From Tubiluchus corallicola (lineage: Eukaryota; Animalia; Priapulida), in the NCBI GenBank assembly GCA_030141605.1, contig JAQGDQ010001110.1, positions 1 through 62,166 of the forward strand: a stretch of DNA of 62,166 bases. Reading direction: 5' to 3'. Under the pieces are notes generated by a model that was given only the letters and a program-made list of their open reading frames with translations, was not told the origin of the DNA and made no database searches. Below, piece after piece: positions 50,901 through 62,166 of the stretch. Numbering within the stretch: the first letter of the stretch is position 1; each line of letters opens with the position of its first letter. Position numbers and translations under genes: made by a program.

Positions 50901-51174
50901 CCATGGTTTTGAGAAATGTTTTTGTCATGTTAACTCGTTGCATTTGTGCAAAATAAACTTGAGTTGAACTGAACCGACAGCATAACTTACTATCATCTCC
51001 GTCGTCTGATTCTAAATAATCATACTTGTCGTCTGATAAGTCCGTATTCCACAAAGCTTTTTCGATCGAATTCCACACATAATACTGTACAAATCCGTCA
51101 CAAAACTCTTCCTCGCTCAGGAAATAGTCATCAATAAAACCACAGTCTTCGGAAGACGTCGTCACGCGTTCCAT
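50901..51174 (-). CDS. Candidate (alternative) first coding exon of dachs, acidic 91-aa peptide
   Basis: ACCATGG start context, open frame MERVTTSSEDCGFIDDYFLSEEEF...FLKTM, ends G|gttagt in phase 1, matching the acceptor at 43364. Confidence 0.5.
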
Positions 51175-53271
51175 GGTCGATGACAGAACGCAGGAACGGT
51201 ACGAGTTCGATTCTCGTGTTAAATCAAAATTGTTTTTCACTGAGATTGATCTGTGTACACCTGTGCCAGCTTGGCCACAGCAGGATGTTGGTGTGTCAGT
51301 ACTCAGTTCAGCTACGTAACACCGCCATCATGCTTTGAGTCACAAGCAAACTAGTTCCGAGGACAGTGATCTGACATCTCCGCATATTCACCTGTGTTCA
51401 CTACCTCGTATGATTTACCTGTACAATTTACCTGTGCTCGCCGTTATACCTGCACGCTTGACTAGACAGCGAGTATTACCCCAGAAATAACGATTCTTAC
51501 GACATTTAAATACATTGTTCTTGTGTGTAGAACGTCAAAAAGCTAATTCCAACGTGATGTCTCTGGCATCCAGGCGATTTACTAAACCCTTTGCACACGT
51601 CTTACACAAGAAATCTGCCTATTAACTATGAACAATAATGATTGCAAATTGCCTATAGCATTGTCCAAACAAACGTCGAAGAATCCTGGCAGCTTTTCGA
51701 GAAATCCGTTCTGTCAGGATTAAAGTTCGGAAGTGGTACAAAGAGGAGCTGACAAATGAATTTTGGGATTGCCAAGATGGAAAGACATAGTACACCGTCT
51801 TCGGGTTTCCGTAAACATGTAGAAATGTGCTGCGTTGTTTACTATTGATACTGCTACACTTGATCTCACGATCCAGTGGTAATAATGTCCGAACTGACCT
51901 CCTTACACACTGGGTTAATTGAGGGTCTGATAGGTTTGAAACAAAGGTGCATTGCTAAAGGCATCACCTGCTCATAACAAGAGGGGCCAGATTTCGTGTA
52001 AATGGAAAACATATCAATCATTCACGCTGCTAACTACAAGAATAACCACTTATACTGTCGGGTTGTCTAAGAATTGTACTGCAATGGGTCAAGTTCTTAA
52101 TGAAATCAGAAATAAAAGGGCAGAAGAAAAACAGGTTGCATCCACATTAACACCAGAGTCTTGCAATATCATTTTGAACATAAGTTTAGACTAGTTCTAA
52201 TGACTTCAAGGAATATGAAAAACAGAAGTTTCTCTTTCTACCGATTATTCTGTATGAATTATCCTTCTCTTTTGCATTGTGTCACGAGTTTAGGCAAACC
52301 CTGCTACTGCAGCAGCGGTGCAAGTAGTTCGCAATTTCGCACGTCACAAATATGACAAAAAACCCTTATAATGCACTCAGCACGCTTTATATAAAAACAT
52401 ATATTATAACCTAAAAAGGTTGGAGCACGTGTACATTTTACGTAATAAAGGCAATCAATTCATCAAAAGGCGTTTTATATGACTGTCAAAAGTCAGCAGT
52501 CTAACCCAAAATCACTGTTTACGAAAAATGTATAACTACGCCCATGCCTGCGTACGAACCATAATACCACCATATTGCAAGGAGTATAAAATGGAATGAG
52601 TTGACTTTTGCACACTTAACTCAAAAGACTGTTTTTGGCACTGAGATACTCTTCGTGTTTGGCCAATCTCAAGAAATTTCTTGTCAAGACATGCTCACAG
52701 AAAGGATGCTAATTTTAAGCTGTGTTGGAAAACAGGAAACTTGCTCGCAATGTAAACTCTACAGGTGTATTGAGCTCATTAAATGTCTCGCTAAACACAA
52801 GAAAAACCTCCATCTACATTGGTAGACAACTTGCATTGGTGAATTATTGCAAAAAATGTTAGAATAAAGTTGATATGAACTACAAATCAGCTCGGGAAGT
52901 TTCCTGTCGCGGACTGTTGCAGGTGTAAAACAGTCGCGGTGAACTTCAAACACTTGCCGAAGCCATATGCATAGGTAGAATCCAGTTCTGACCGGTTCTA
53001 ACCTTGTAAAAGTAATGTTTATGACCGTACGTGATCTTACTCTTGTAATTTACGTATTTTTAGGCATATATCAATGTAACATATTGTAAAAGCTTGTTCT
53101 CGTCCTAACTCAATGGTACTGTATAGATACTGTGTTTAGAGAGAGCACAGACATTACCCCCCCCCCCCCCATTCTAGGCGGTTAAACTATAGATTATTTG
53201 ATTAGTTTAAATCGATAATTACTTTGATTAATATTGTTTGTTTGTACTGTTGTTTGTGTATGTAAATATGT

Positions 53272-53660
53272 TTTTTGGTTAGTGAGTGGTGCATCCTAGA
53301 GGGGGTGAGTCAACGACATTTTACCAATTGGCGAAAATATTTTAAAACTGTGATTAATAATTTTCTTTTTTAGTTACAAAAGTCTTTCTAACAGGTAAGC
53401 CAAATGCTAAGTAATATAATTTTGCATGCAAAGTTTTTTGGGACATAATTTAACATTTCCTTTTCTTCTCCTGATTACGTTGTGCGTATATGACGTCATG
53501 TAATGGCGCGATCGGAACAGTATTGCAGGAGATTTAAAAAGAAAACAAACAAAAAAATCTTTCAGCGCGAGTACGATATACCCAGAAAATTGCTATAAAG
53601 TAATAAAACTTCTTAAGGCGATTTTTCTGAACCTACTTCAGGTACCCCTTTTCTTGTCCT
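53272..53660 (+). mobile_element. MITE family A, 5'-truncated copy
   Basis: Homologous to about 22650-23022; ends TACCCCTTTTCTTGTCCT. Confidence 0.82.
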
Positions 53661-54194
53661 TTATTTTTCAAAAAGAACTGAAAATAGTAAACCCAGAAAC
53701 AGAAATAGCTCTGGAATGTGTAATAAAGTGATGGAAAAACCTTGACTCACGATATGCGCCGGCAAAGCATCTTTTTTCGTATCTAGGGTAATCCAGTAAT
53801 GGCTAACTATGAAATTAAGTTGTCGCTGGTAATCTGTTGATCACGTGACATTGCAGAGAAAAGTGAAAAATGCAAAAGAATCGACCTTGACCAGATGAAC
53901 AAGAAGGACCTCAGCTGGTAATCAGCTTACATACATTAACACGTCAGAGAAGCAGTTAGCTCATTAACCAAGCGGCCACACAGCGAGAAAATATCATTAA
54001 TTTGAATTTGTCATTTTCGTCAAAACTTGTGAAATTCGAAGTTTGAATGCAGCAAAAAAGTCAGACACTAGAGATCACTCAATAGAGGTGTAGATCACTG
54101 ACCATAAATCAATCCACTGACTGATCTTGTGACCTCGACCTTTGACCTTGAGGTAAAAACAAGGAGTATAAAACAAAAAGGGAAAATTGAACTA

Positions 54195-54583
54195 TAGTGT
54201 TACTGTAAGATATTCAGTGTATTTTACTAAAATTAGGCAAGTCTTAAGATAAAAATTCAAATTTTAAATGTAACGCTGTGCTCACGCATGAGCTCTCGAA
54301 CATGTGCAGTTCATCACGAACTAACACATTTGAACTGATAGGTACAGCACCTGTTTTTTGTGCAATGCGTTTTCGAAATTCAGGCGCTAGTGCCCGTCTA
54401 ACTAGCGAATGGCGAAATGCATGTAAAAGCGAAGGACTAGTGGCGCTAACGTGAAATTTCATTTGTGTGGTAATAATTCTTTCACCAAAGTCATTTTTAA
54501 AAAAATAGTATGTTCCCTTTCAGTATTTTATGGACTAGATTGTAAAAATCTATAGTTTAACTTGGGGCATGATTTTCTTTTAA
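54195..54583 (+). mobile_element. Interspersed repeat family B, copy 3
   Basis: Homologous to the 6001 and 19075 copies. Confidence 0.75.
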
Positions 54584-54914
54584 CACAGAATACCCGTAGC
54601 TTTTTGTATACTGTTAGTCGAAGGGTAATTTTGTACAATTTTGGACTGAGGCCATTGTTATGCTGTAGGTCTTATGGCCCTACTACCTAGACGATTATAA
54701 ACGTGTCCGATTTTGTTCAAGTGAAAACCAGTGACACTAGTTTGCACGTGTCAGTTTTTTTAATTATTCCACACGTCACAGTGACGTTTTCTACTTTTTC
54801 GCGATACATTGAAAGCTAGAATTTGTTTATACTTCATACATTTACTTACAACAGAACTTAGCGACAAAAGTGCAGTTTGTCCCGGCCACTAAACGAAAAA
54901 TCTACATGAAAATG

Positions 54915-55250
54915 TACAATGCATTGAGATAAGCCTATGCAATTCAATACTTTACAGAGTTTACCGGATTAATTCTCATTTGTTTAATTAATTTGACTAT
55001 TGCCACCACCATCGCTGGACAATGCACTGAGATAAGCCAGTCACAACAGACATAGACCTATTCAATTCAATACTTTATAGAGTTTGCCGGATTAATTCTC
55101 ATTTGTTTAATTAATTTGACTATTGCCACCACCATCGCTGGACAATGCACTGAGGTAAGCCAGTCACAACAGACATAGACCTATTCAATTCAATACTTCA
55201 TAGAGTTTGCCGGATTAATTTTTATTTGTATAATTAATTTGACTATTGCT
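54915..55250. repeat. 123-bp tandem repeat, about 2.7 copies
   Basis: CCGGATTAATT recurs at about 54964, 55087 and 55210 with near-identical context. Confidence 0.9.
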
Positions 55251-55267
55251 GCTATACTGTACAAGTA

Positions 55268-55486
55268 TATACTATACTATACTATACTACACTGCACTGC
55301 ACTGCACTGCACTGCACTGCACTGCACTGCACTGCACTGCACTACACTACACTACACTACACTACACTACACTACACTACACTACACTACACTACACTAC
55401 ACTACACTACACTACACTACACTACACTACACTACACTACACTACACTACACTACACTACACTACACTACACTACACTACACTATA
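55268..55486. repeat. Pentanucleotide microsatellite (TACTA)/(CACTG)n/(CACTA)n
   Basis: Seen directly. Confidence 0.97.
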
Positions 55487-56953
55487 CTTGTACATTACTG
55501 TACAAGTAAAGAAAATTTTAAAATTAAAATAACACCGCGAAAATATTTTGATCAAGTCAACTTTGTTGAATGATTTACATATAATCTGATAAATGAGAAA
55601 TAATCAGACTAACGAAAAAACTTTGGCGGGAAAGTAACATCCGTATTATTTTAAGAGCTTTTAGTCAAGCAGAAAATGGTATTTAGCCTGTTCTTCATTC
55701 AAATAAAATGTTGTTATAAAATACAGATCAAACATTGCACATTGTATATCGCCGTAGTCGTGTTTTAATTCTATTATATACGTCTCTTCCTGGATACTAT
55801 AATATTATTTTACAAGAATTTTGGGTCAACAACACGGTGTTGTAGCGATTTCTCTGAATATGTGCTCGATCGCTTCGTGTGGTATTCATGTGAAACGAAC
55901 TTTAGAATTTCTTCTCGAGCCTGACAAGTGTTCAGAACTCAGAGGGTTCTGATCAGCGTAGCACGCGCGCGCCACCTGTTGCAGAATATGAAAACTATGC
56001 GTTTTCATAAGTACGATTGAGATCACTCCAGCCGGAAAACGAAAACTGTTTTTACTGCTGCGAACAGCACAGTAATAAACAGAAACAGTAAATATTGCTA
56101 CTGAAATGTAGAACAGTAAAACCTGCTACCGAAAACATGTAAAAACAACAGAATGACTAATTTTCTATCAGTCAAAGAAATTCGTAGCCACGTAAGCTTC
56201 ATTAATAGCGAAAATAGTGAACACGTTAAAATTAACGTATAACATATAAAACCGTAATAATTACGGCTGGGTTATATATAAGCAGTGTCATTATACGAAG
56301 GAAATCCTGGAAGAGCTTGAAACTATTGACAATTTAGTTATATTTTAACAAAGAAATGAATTTCATCTGGAAACAAGTTCAAACAACCCCTGATGTTATC
56401 GAGAAAAAATGAGACGCCTTTGAATAACTTGATTGTCCATGAAAGCCGAGAAATTCTGTTCATAAGATCAAAAGATGAAAAGCGAGTTCCAAGTAAAACC
56501 TCTTATTCATACAGTGACTAAAACACGTCAGTGTTCAAAAAGCAAAAGAAAGAACCACCACGCACCTGCTGCTATTAAAACATCCATTGTGATACGAAAC
56601 CAATTACTCTGTAATAACTGGAAGATTCACATTCTTGGCATGCCGCGTGGACAGACTCTTATATTTATCCTAGAGATTGGAGTGTTGTGCAAGTGATCTG
56701 ATCCGAACACGTGCGATTTTTCGTATTTTAGAAAGATAATTATTGTATCAGTTGCACTGCGCTATAATAAGTGGTTTACCTGCAACAACTTTCACGTTTA
56801 CAATTCATTATGTTGGAAATTTTAGGACTTGGAACTCTACGTTTAGCCTGCTGTATGTCAGCGTAGCTTTTGTTATGATTAGTTCTGTACAGCATTGCTT
56901 GACATACTGTAGTACACAGAAATACTATTCTGAAAAAATCGAAGTACATGTAA

Positions 56954-57353
56954 TAAGCCTTTTTACAGTTCCAGCGATTGATGATGATCGTGAAAAGGCC
57001 AAAGGTTAAGTGTACCAGACAACGCATTTGTGTACACTTGACAACGCCTCGCAACCCATCCTGTTGTAGAAGTAATTAAGAAAAGAGGGGAATGCTAGTC
57101 ACAGAACCTTACCTAGTTCATTTTTTCTTATTCCCAAGCAAGGTCATGCTAGTAAATCAATCTACGCACAGATTAATGCATAATTAAATGAAGTCCACGT
57201 AAAGCAACTGAAGTTACTGAACTGAAGCAGCGGTCAGCTTTACTTTGCCCACATGTCACGTGACGGGTGGAGTTAAGACGCGTTGTTGTGATACACTTAA
57301 CCTTTGACCTACAACAACTGCGCGTGCGCACAGAGAAGATGTGAAAAGACTTA
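56954..57353 (-). mobile_element. MITE family C, copy 3 (reverse orientation, both termini present)
   Basis: TAAGCCTTTTTACA...TGTGAAAAGACTTA termini plus the internal AAAGGTTAAGTGTA inverted repeat. Confidence 0.82.
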
Positions 57354-58789
57354 TTGATTGTAGACAAGCCTTGTAGATCTGTATGATGAACTGATGATCC
57401 TATATTAGTGCTATTCTGTTCATTTTTGAAGCAAAACGACACATCTTGGACTTTTAAGGGAAATTTAAGTTTCAAAATAGCAACAGTAAATGAATCAGTT
57501 TAGTTACAAGGTTAAACTATAACTGGATAATTGCCAGGTTTACATTTTCACAATACTACTAAGCCACGTAAAAGTAAAATGATTAAAAAGTAAATTCATT
57601 TTAATTTACCAAGTGCAAGACTCGTTTTTCGCTCGGCTGGTGGCGCCACCAACTCGTAGATGATTAACCCGATTCCGAGCCACTACATTAGTTCAAACTT
57701 TCCGCTAGCTAAATACGTTTTACCCGCAAATGAGGACTTGAAATTCTTACTCTAGTAAAATTGTACATATAAATAATAATAGTAACAAATAATAGTCTTT
57801 CCATCTTTTAAATCATCTCATATATGAGCTTCATTCATTACATCAAGCCATTTTAAGCACTAATGTTTTTTATGATACAATTCACTTTAAATTTTCAGAT
57901 TATTTCCATTACTTTTTTCTTTCACTGTGTGGGACAATCTAATAAGCCCTGCTTTTTGATTACCCGCAACACCATTTGTATATAGGTGAACAGTGTGTGA
58001 GGCTTTTTTTGCGTAGAAACAAAAGTTTATTCGTATTATGTTCATTGTAGGCCCTTTCACTATATATTGTACATGAAACTATTGTAAATGTATGATGTGA
58101 AATAAATGACTTATTGTTCAGTTTTAATTAAAATCACAAATCAGCAAACAAAAGAATTCTAAGAACGGACAGTAAACGCTAAGCACGTAGATTTTCTAAA
58201 AGCAGCAGTATTTGCACAAAGATCGAAAAGCGCCTATCTATTTATTAGTGACATCGTTTAATTTAATGTGTCACACAATACGGCAGGTCATTATTGCAAC
58301 AAGATCAACATTAAACGATAACAACACACGGTACAAGGTAAAGTGCGATTAGGCACGTGTGTGTGTCCACCTTTGCAACAGGTGCAGCTCGTTTATCTCA
58401 CCTGTGCAATCCTTTGTTCATGACACGTGCCGCCACACATGACGCATCTAAACGATAACATTAGCACTTATTTCGACGCAAACACAATGAAACAGATGTA
58501 TCGTGTAATACATAGGGTCCTATATATTGTATAATGACTATAAAATTGCTAGACGATTGTGTTAAACCTTAAGCCCATATTGGCTACACAAAAAGATCTT
58601 TTGCATCATTTAGACAATGTTTTCCATTTTTCTACTTAAGCGTTTCTTTAGAATTTTTTAGAAACTGCGCAAGACTTTTCTAAAAAGCTGCGATTAAATA
58701 TGTCATATGTGTAATTATATGTAAAATATTAATTTTGGATTTTCGCAAAATGCATTTGCATCTAAAATTTTACTTAATTATAATAATAA

Positions 58790-59100
58790 TATAGGTTTTA
58801 CACGTCAAATGTAGACCTACGTTAAGTCAAATGTAGATTTAGGTAATTCAAATGTGTCTTGGTAACTCAAATGTAGACGTAGGCAGCTCAAATGTGTTAA
58901 CAATAGTTTTCAAGAAATCTTAAGCGTTTTTGGCAAGTCAAATGTAGACACATGTCAAGTCAAATGTCCTACGTCTACATTTGACTTACCTAAGTCACAT
59001 TTGAGTTAACAAAACACATTCGAAATTCCTATGTCTACATTTGACTTACCTAAGTCACATTTGAACTTTCCTGTGTCTACATTTGACGCGAAAAAATATA
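58790..59100. mobile_element. Foldback-like MITE family D, copy 2 (inverted, internally deleted)
   Basis: Same TATAGGTTTTACACGTCAAATGTAGAC terminus and arm subrepeats as 16801-17363. Confidence 0.88.
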
Positions 59101-59489
59101 ATAATTATCAGATGTTTTAACTTTTAAGTAAGTACCTGAAATGTACACGTTTTTGCTAGTTCGGTTTTTCGTCTGTGATTTTAGTTAGTAAGATAAGATG
59201 AAGATTTATTTTACGTTGATTTAAAAAACGCACAAGTACAAACTGCAACAGCTATGGCACCGACTAACCAATTTATTTTGTACAGATAATATGGTTAATG
59301 CTAGTTTGGATTATTCATGTGTTTGCAGAATGGACGTGCAAGATAAAGAACACATACTGTGTCACCGTGTGAAAAGTGAACATTTTAGAGAACTTTATAG
59401 CAATTTGAACTTTACTAATATACAGTCATTAATATAATATAACAGTTTGGACCAACAAGATCTGATGCATTTTATTTATGAGTGTTTAA

Positions 59490-60141
59490 AGCACAAGAAA
59501 ACCCTTCATAAACATAAAGCTTAAAAAATTCGTTTTGAAGTTTTCTATCACTTACGTACTGCCTTTTTGCGTGCAGGACTTCAATCGGCAGTCACGCTGT
59601 ATAAAACATGTAAATTTAAACTCCCGCGATGACCGTTAGACGCAGCCATTTTCACGACAGGTCATTTGAACGGAGTTTAGATAACATTGTGTAAAGTTTG
59701 AAAGAATAATCAGAACATGCGTAGTGCACAAGTCACTAACTAAATAAAATTTAAAATTACTGCATCTTGTCAATAAGATTAAAAATAGGTTTTTGACAAG
59801 GTGAGTCAGCGACATTTTACCAATTGGTGAAAGCATTTTAAATAATTAATAATTTTCTTTTCTAGTTACATAAGTCTTTCTAATAGGTAAGCGAAATGCT
59901 AAGTAACACAGATTTGCAAGGAAAGTCTTTTGAGACATAATTTAACATTGCCTTTTCTTCCCTTTTACGTTTGGTACATGACGTCATGTAATGGCGACTT
60001 CGGAACAGTATTGCGGGAGATTTAAAATGAGAACAAACTAAAATTCCTTTCAGTGCGATACGCATAAAATTGCTATAAAATGATATAATTTTTTAAGTCG
60101 ATTTTTCTGTCACCTATTTTAGATACCCCTTTTCTTGTCCT
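59490..60141 (+). mobile_element. MITE family A (TTAA TSD, Kolobok-like), full copy
   Basis: TTAA|AGCACAAGAAAA...TTTTCTTGTCCT|TTAA. Confidence 0.88.
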
Positions 60142-60232
60142 TTAAATATTTTCAAATGATTATGTTTTTGTTATAAACTTGCAGTTTTTGAAATTATTTG
60201 TGACTGTTTTGAACGGACTGTCACAAGTAAAT

Positions 60233-60459
60233 TCACGACGACAACGGCGACTACTACTCTACTAACTACTGCTGCTGCCGCTGTCGCTGCCACCGCCACT
60301 GCGACTGCCACTGCCACTACCACCACCAGCACCACTACCACTACCAGTGCCACTACCACTACTACTACTACTACTCTACTAACTACTGCTGCTGCTGCTG
60401 CCGCTGCCACTGCCACTGCCACTGCCACTACCACTACCACTACCACTACCACTACTACT
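60233..60459. repeat. Mixed trinucleotide/hexanucleotide low-complexity tract (CTA, CCA, GCC, GCCACT)
   Basis: Seen directly; contains an internal duplication of about 120 bp. Confidence 0.9.
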
Positions 60460-62166
60460 AAAAAATGTATGTAAATAGAGACTAAAATTAGGATATCTCT
60501 AAGTCCAACCTGATTAGGAAGATAAATCTTTTATCGATGATAACTTTAATCAAGTAAATGACCTAATTTTTGATCATTGCAGAAGCAGTAATTATCAAAG
60601 TAGGATGAAGTTCTGCTGCCGTGACTGACCCATTTTTACTTTACCTGCCGCGGTTTTGCAACATTTTCCATTTACAGCGCTGCACACAAGTGGTGACCCA
60701 GTATTTTAACAACAAAGTCTCTTAATATAGGCGGTAGTGGCGCGACCGGGATCTAGATAATTATCGAGGATGTTCACCTAAGATGAACGGACAGACCTTT
60801 GCTTTTGTCACTAACTTGCTTCTAGTCGTCAATAATTTGCGTTTTGGCGTTTGGAGGACATTAGAAGTGCCGCATTTGTCATTAAGAGATTTTCGCAACT
60901 CTCCCGCCAAAAGATTTCGTTGTGTCTATGAGTAATTCTGATGGCAGCTGTTCTAATTGCTGAGACCACACATGATCAGCGCTGATGAAATTAAAGCAAA
61001 ATAGTCGTTCCGTTACAAGTTAAACAAGAGTGACGCGAACATGCAACTCCGCCACACCTGCTGTCCTGAAATTAATGAACGAGGTGCTGAACCGCTGGAA
61101 GGACCACAATCTGCAATGAAGCCTGTGAACGAACCTGATCATTTTGTACTTTCTTGTCAATTATTTACTACGTGGAAGATTTAGATACATATAAACTACT
61201 AAATAAACAAAGTTTTTAAGTTTTAAGAGACGCCCTTGGCTGATAATTTAGTACGTGCCGTACGTAGTTTCTATTATGGATTTATGGTAACTTATATATG
61301 AAGCGCTAAGCACAATTACTTGTGGTGTATTAGTAGTACTCTTACCTAGAACTTACATGGTTATTGTTAACTAAACATGTTTGCATAGCGCTTATAATTA
61401 AGCAGACGCGGGCCTGCTTGTGGTTTGCCTTTTAGTACCTACTATGTACTTGTAATTGTACTTGTAACTCAGCTAAACGAGAGACATCTAAAGAGTTCAA
61501 CTTATGCTTAATAGACATTCAGGATTCAACACCTGAGATATACCGCATTGCCTATACGCGATTAAGACTCCAGGCGCACTATTTAAAAGTTGAAACTGAT
61601 AGATGGCGTAACGTAGATAAAAACAGGGACTCTGTAATTGTGGAAAAATTCGTGGAAAAAATCCGAAAAGCTCGTTTTGATGGACAGTCATTTAACAGCT
61701 GAAACTAGAAGAAGATTCAGCAATGTAGACTTTACATCACTAACGTCAATTATGAATAGCAATTGTGTATTTCAGATCTGCTTCGACATTTTAAAAGCCT
61801 TTGAATAAGAAAAAACACTAATTTTTGCAAGCACTATAATGAAATGTTACAATTCCGTAAGCTCAGCTCGGTCATTATCATATTTTTTTATTGATACTAA
61901 ATGAATTTTTTTTTATTGTGAACTGTTTTAACCTTTGTATAACGTTGCTGTTTTCTGAAAAGTAGAAAATTTTTGTTTCAATTTTGCTAGCCTGCTAAAG
62001 ATGGTAAATATATTAATTTTATGATCAATAAACTACTACTACCACTACTATGTGGGATTATGCAAAAACGGGGATTCAGCAACTGCTTGTGGTGTGTTAT
62101 AAAATACGTGCTTTATATGCATATGGAAGGATACGCATTTTCCAAGGAGAATAAAAAAATTTAGCA

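Noticed and set aside
55239-55532. TLHYT/TALHC repeat ORFs
   Set aside because: Pentanucleotide microsatellite
60171-60452. Val/Ala-rich ORF
   Set aside because: Low-complexity trinucleotide tract

Overview
AT-rich metazoan (invertebrate) genomic DNA, not prokaryotic; most ORFs in the supplied track are spurious or are exon fragments. Two spliced genes face each other tail-to-tail. (1) Minus strand: an unconventional myosin that I identify as a Dachs orthologue (Fat-Dachsous/Hippo pathway). I rebuilt it by hand from 23 GT-AG exons (43364 down to 22169) whose phases all join, giving about 978 aa: N-terminal coiled coil, motor domain with divergent P-loop/switch I, one IQ motif, proline-rich segment and SH3-like tail. 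Its first exon is not certain: the best in-window candidate is an acidic exon at 50901-51174, with weaker ones at 49028-49154 and 61544-61691. (2) Plus strand: the last four coding exons (8367-15720) of a claudin/PMP22-superfamily tetraspan protein with a Tyr/Pro/Gly-rich tail. Introns and intergenic DNA are dense with minisatellites, microsatellites, several non-autonomous DNA transposon (MITE) families, a hAT element with an intact 8-bp TSD, foldback elements, LINE fragments, a THAP-domain relic and a tRNA-derived SINE head. I found no convincing new multi-gene system. The most interesting signals are the possible alternative N- and C-termini of Dachs, one exon whose two splice sites are both duplicated by tandem repeats, and a telomere-like TTAGGG tract bracketed by inverted repeats. 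Family assignments come from motif recognition only; no database search was run.
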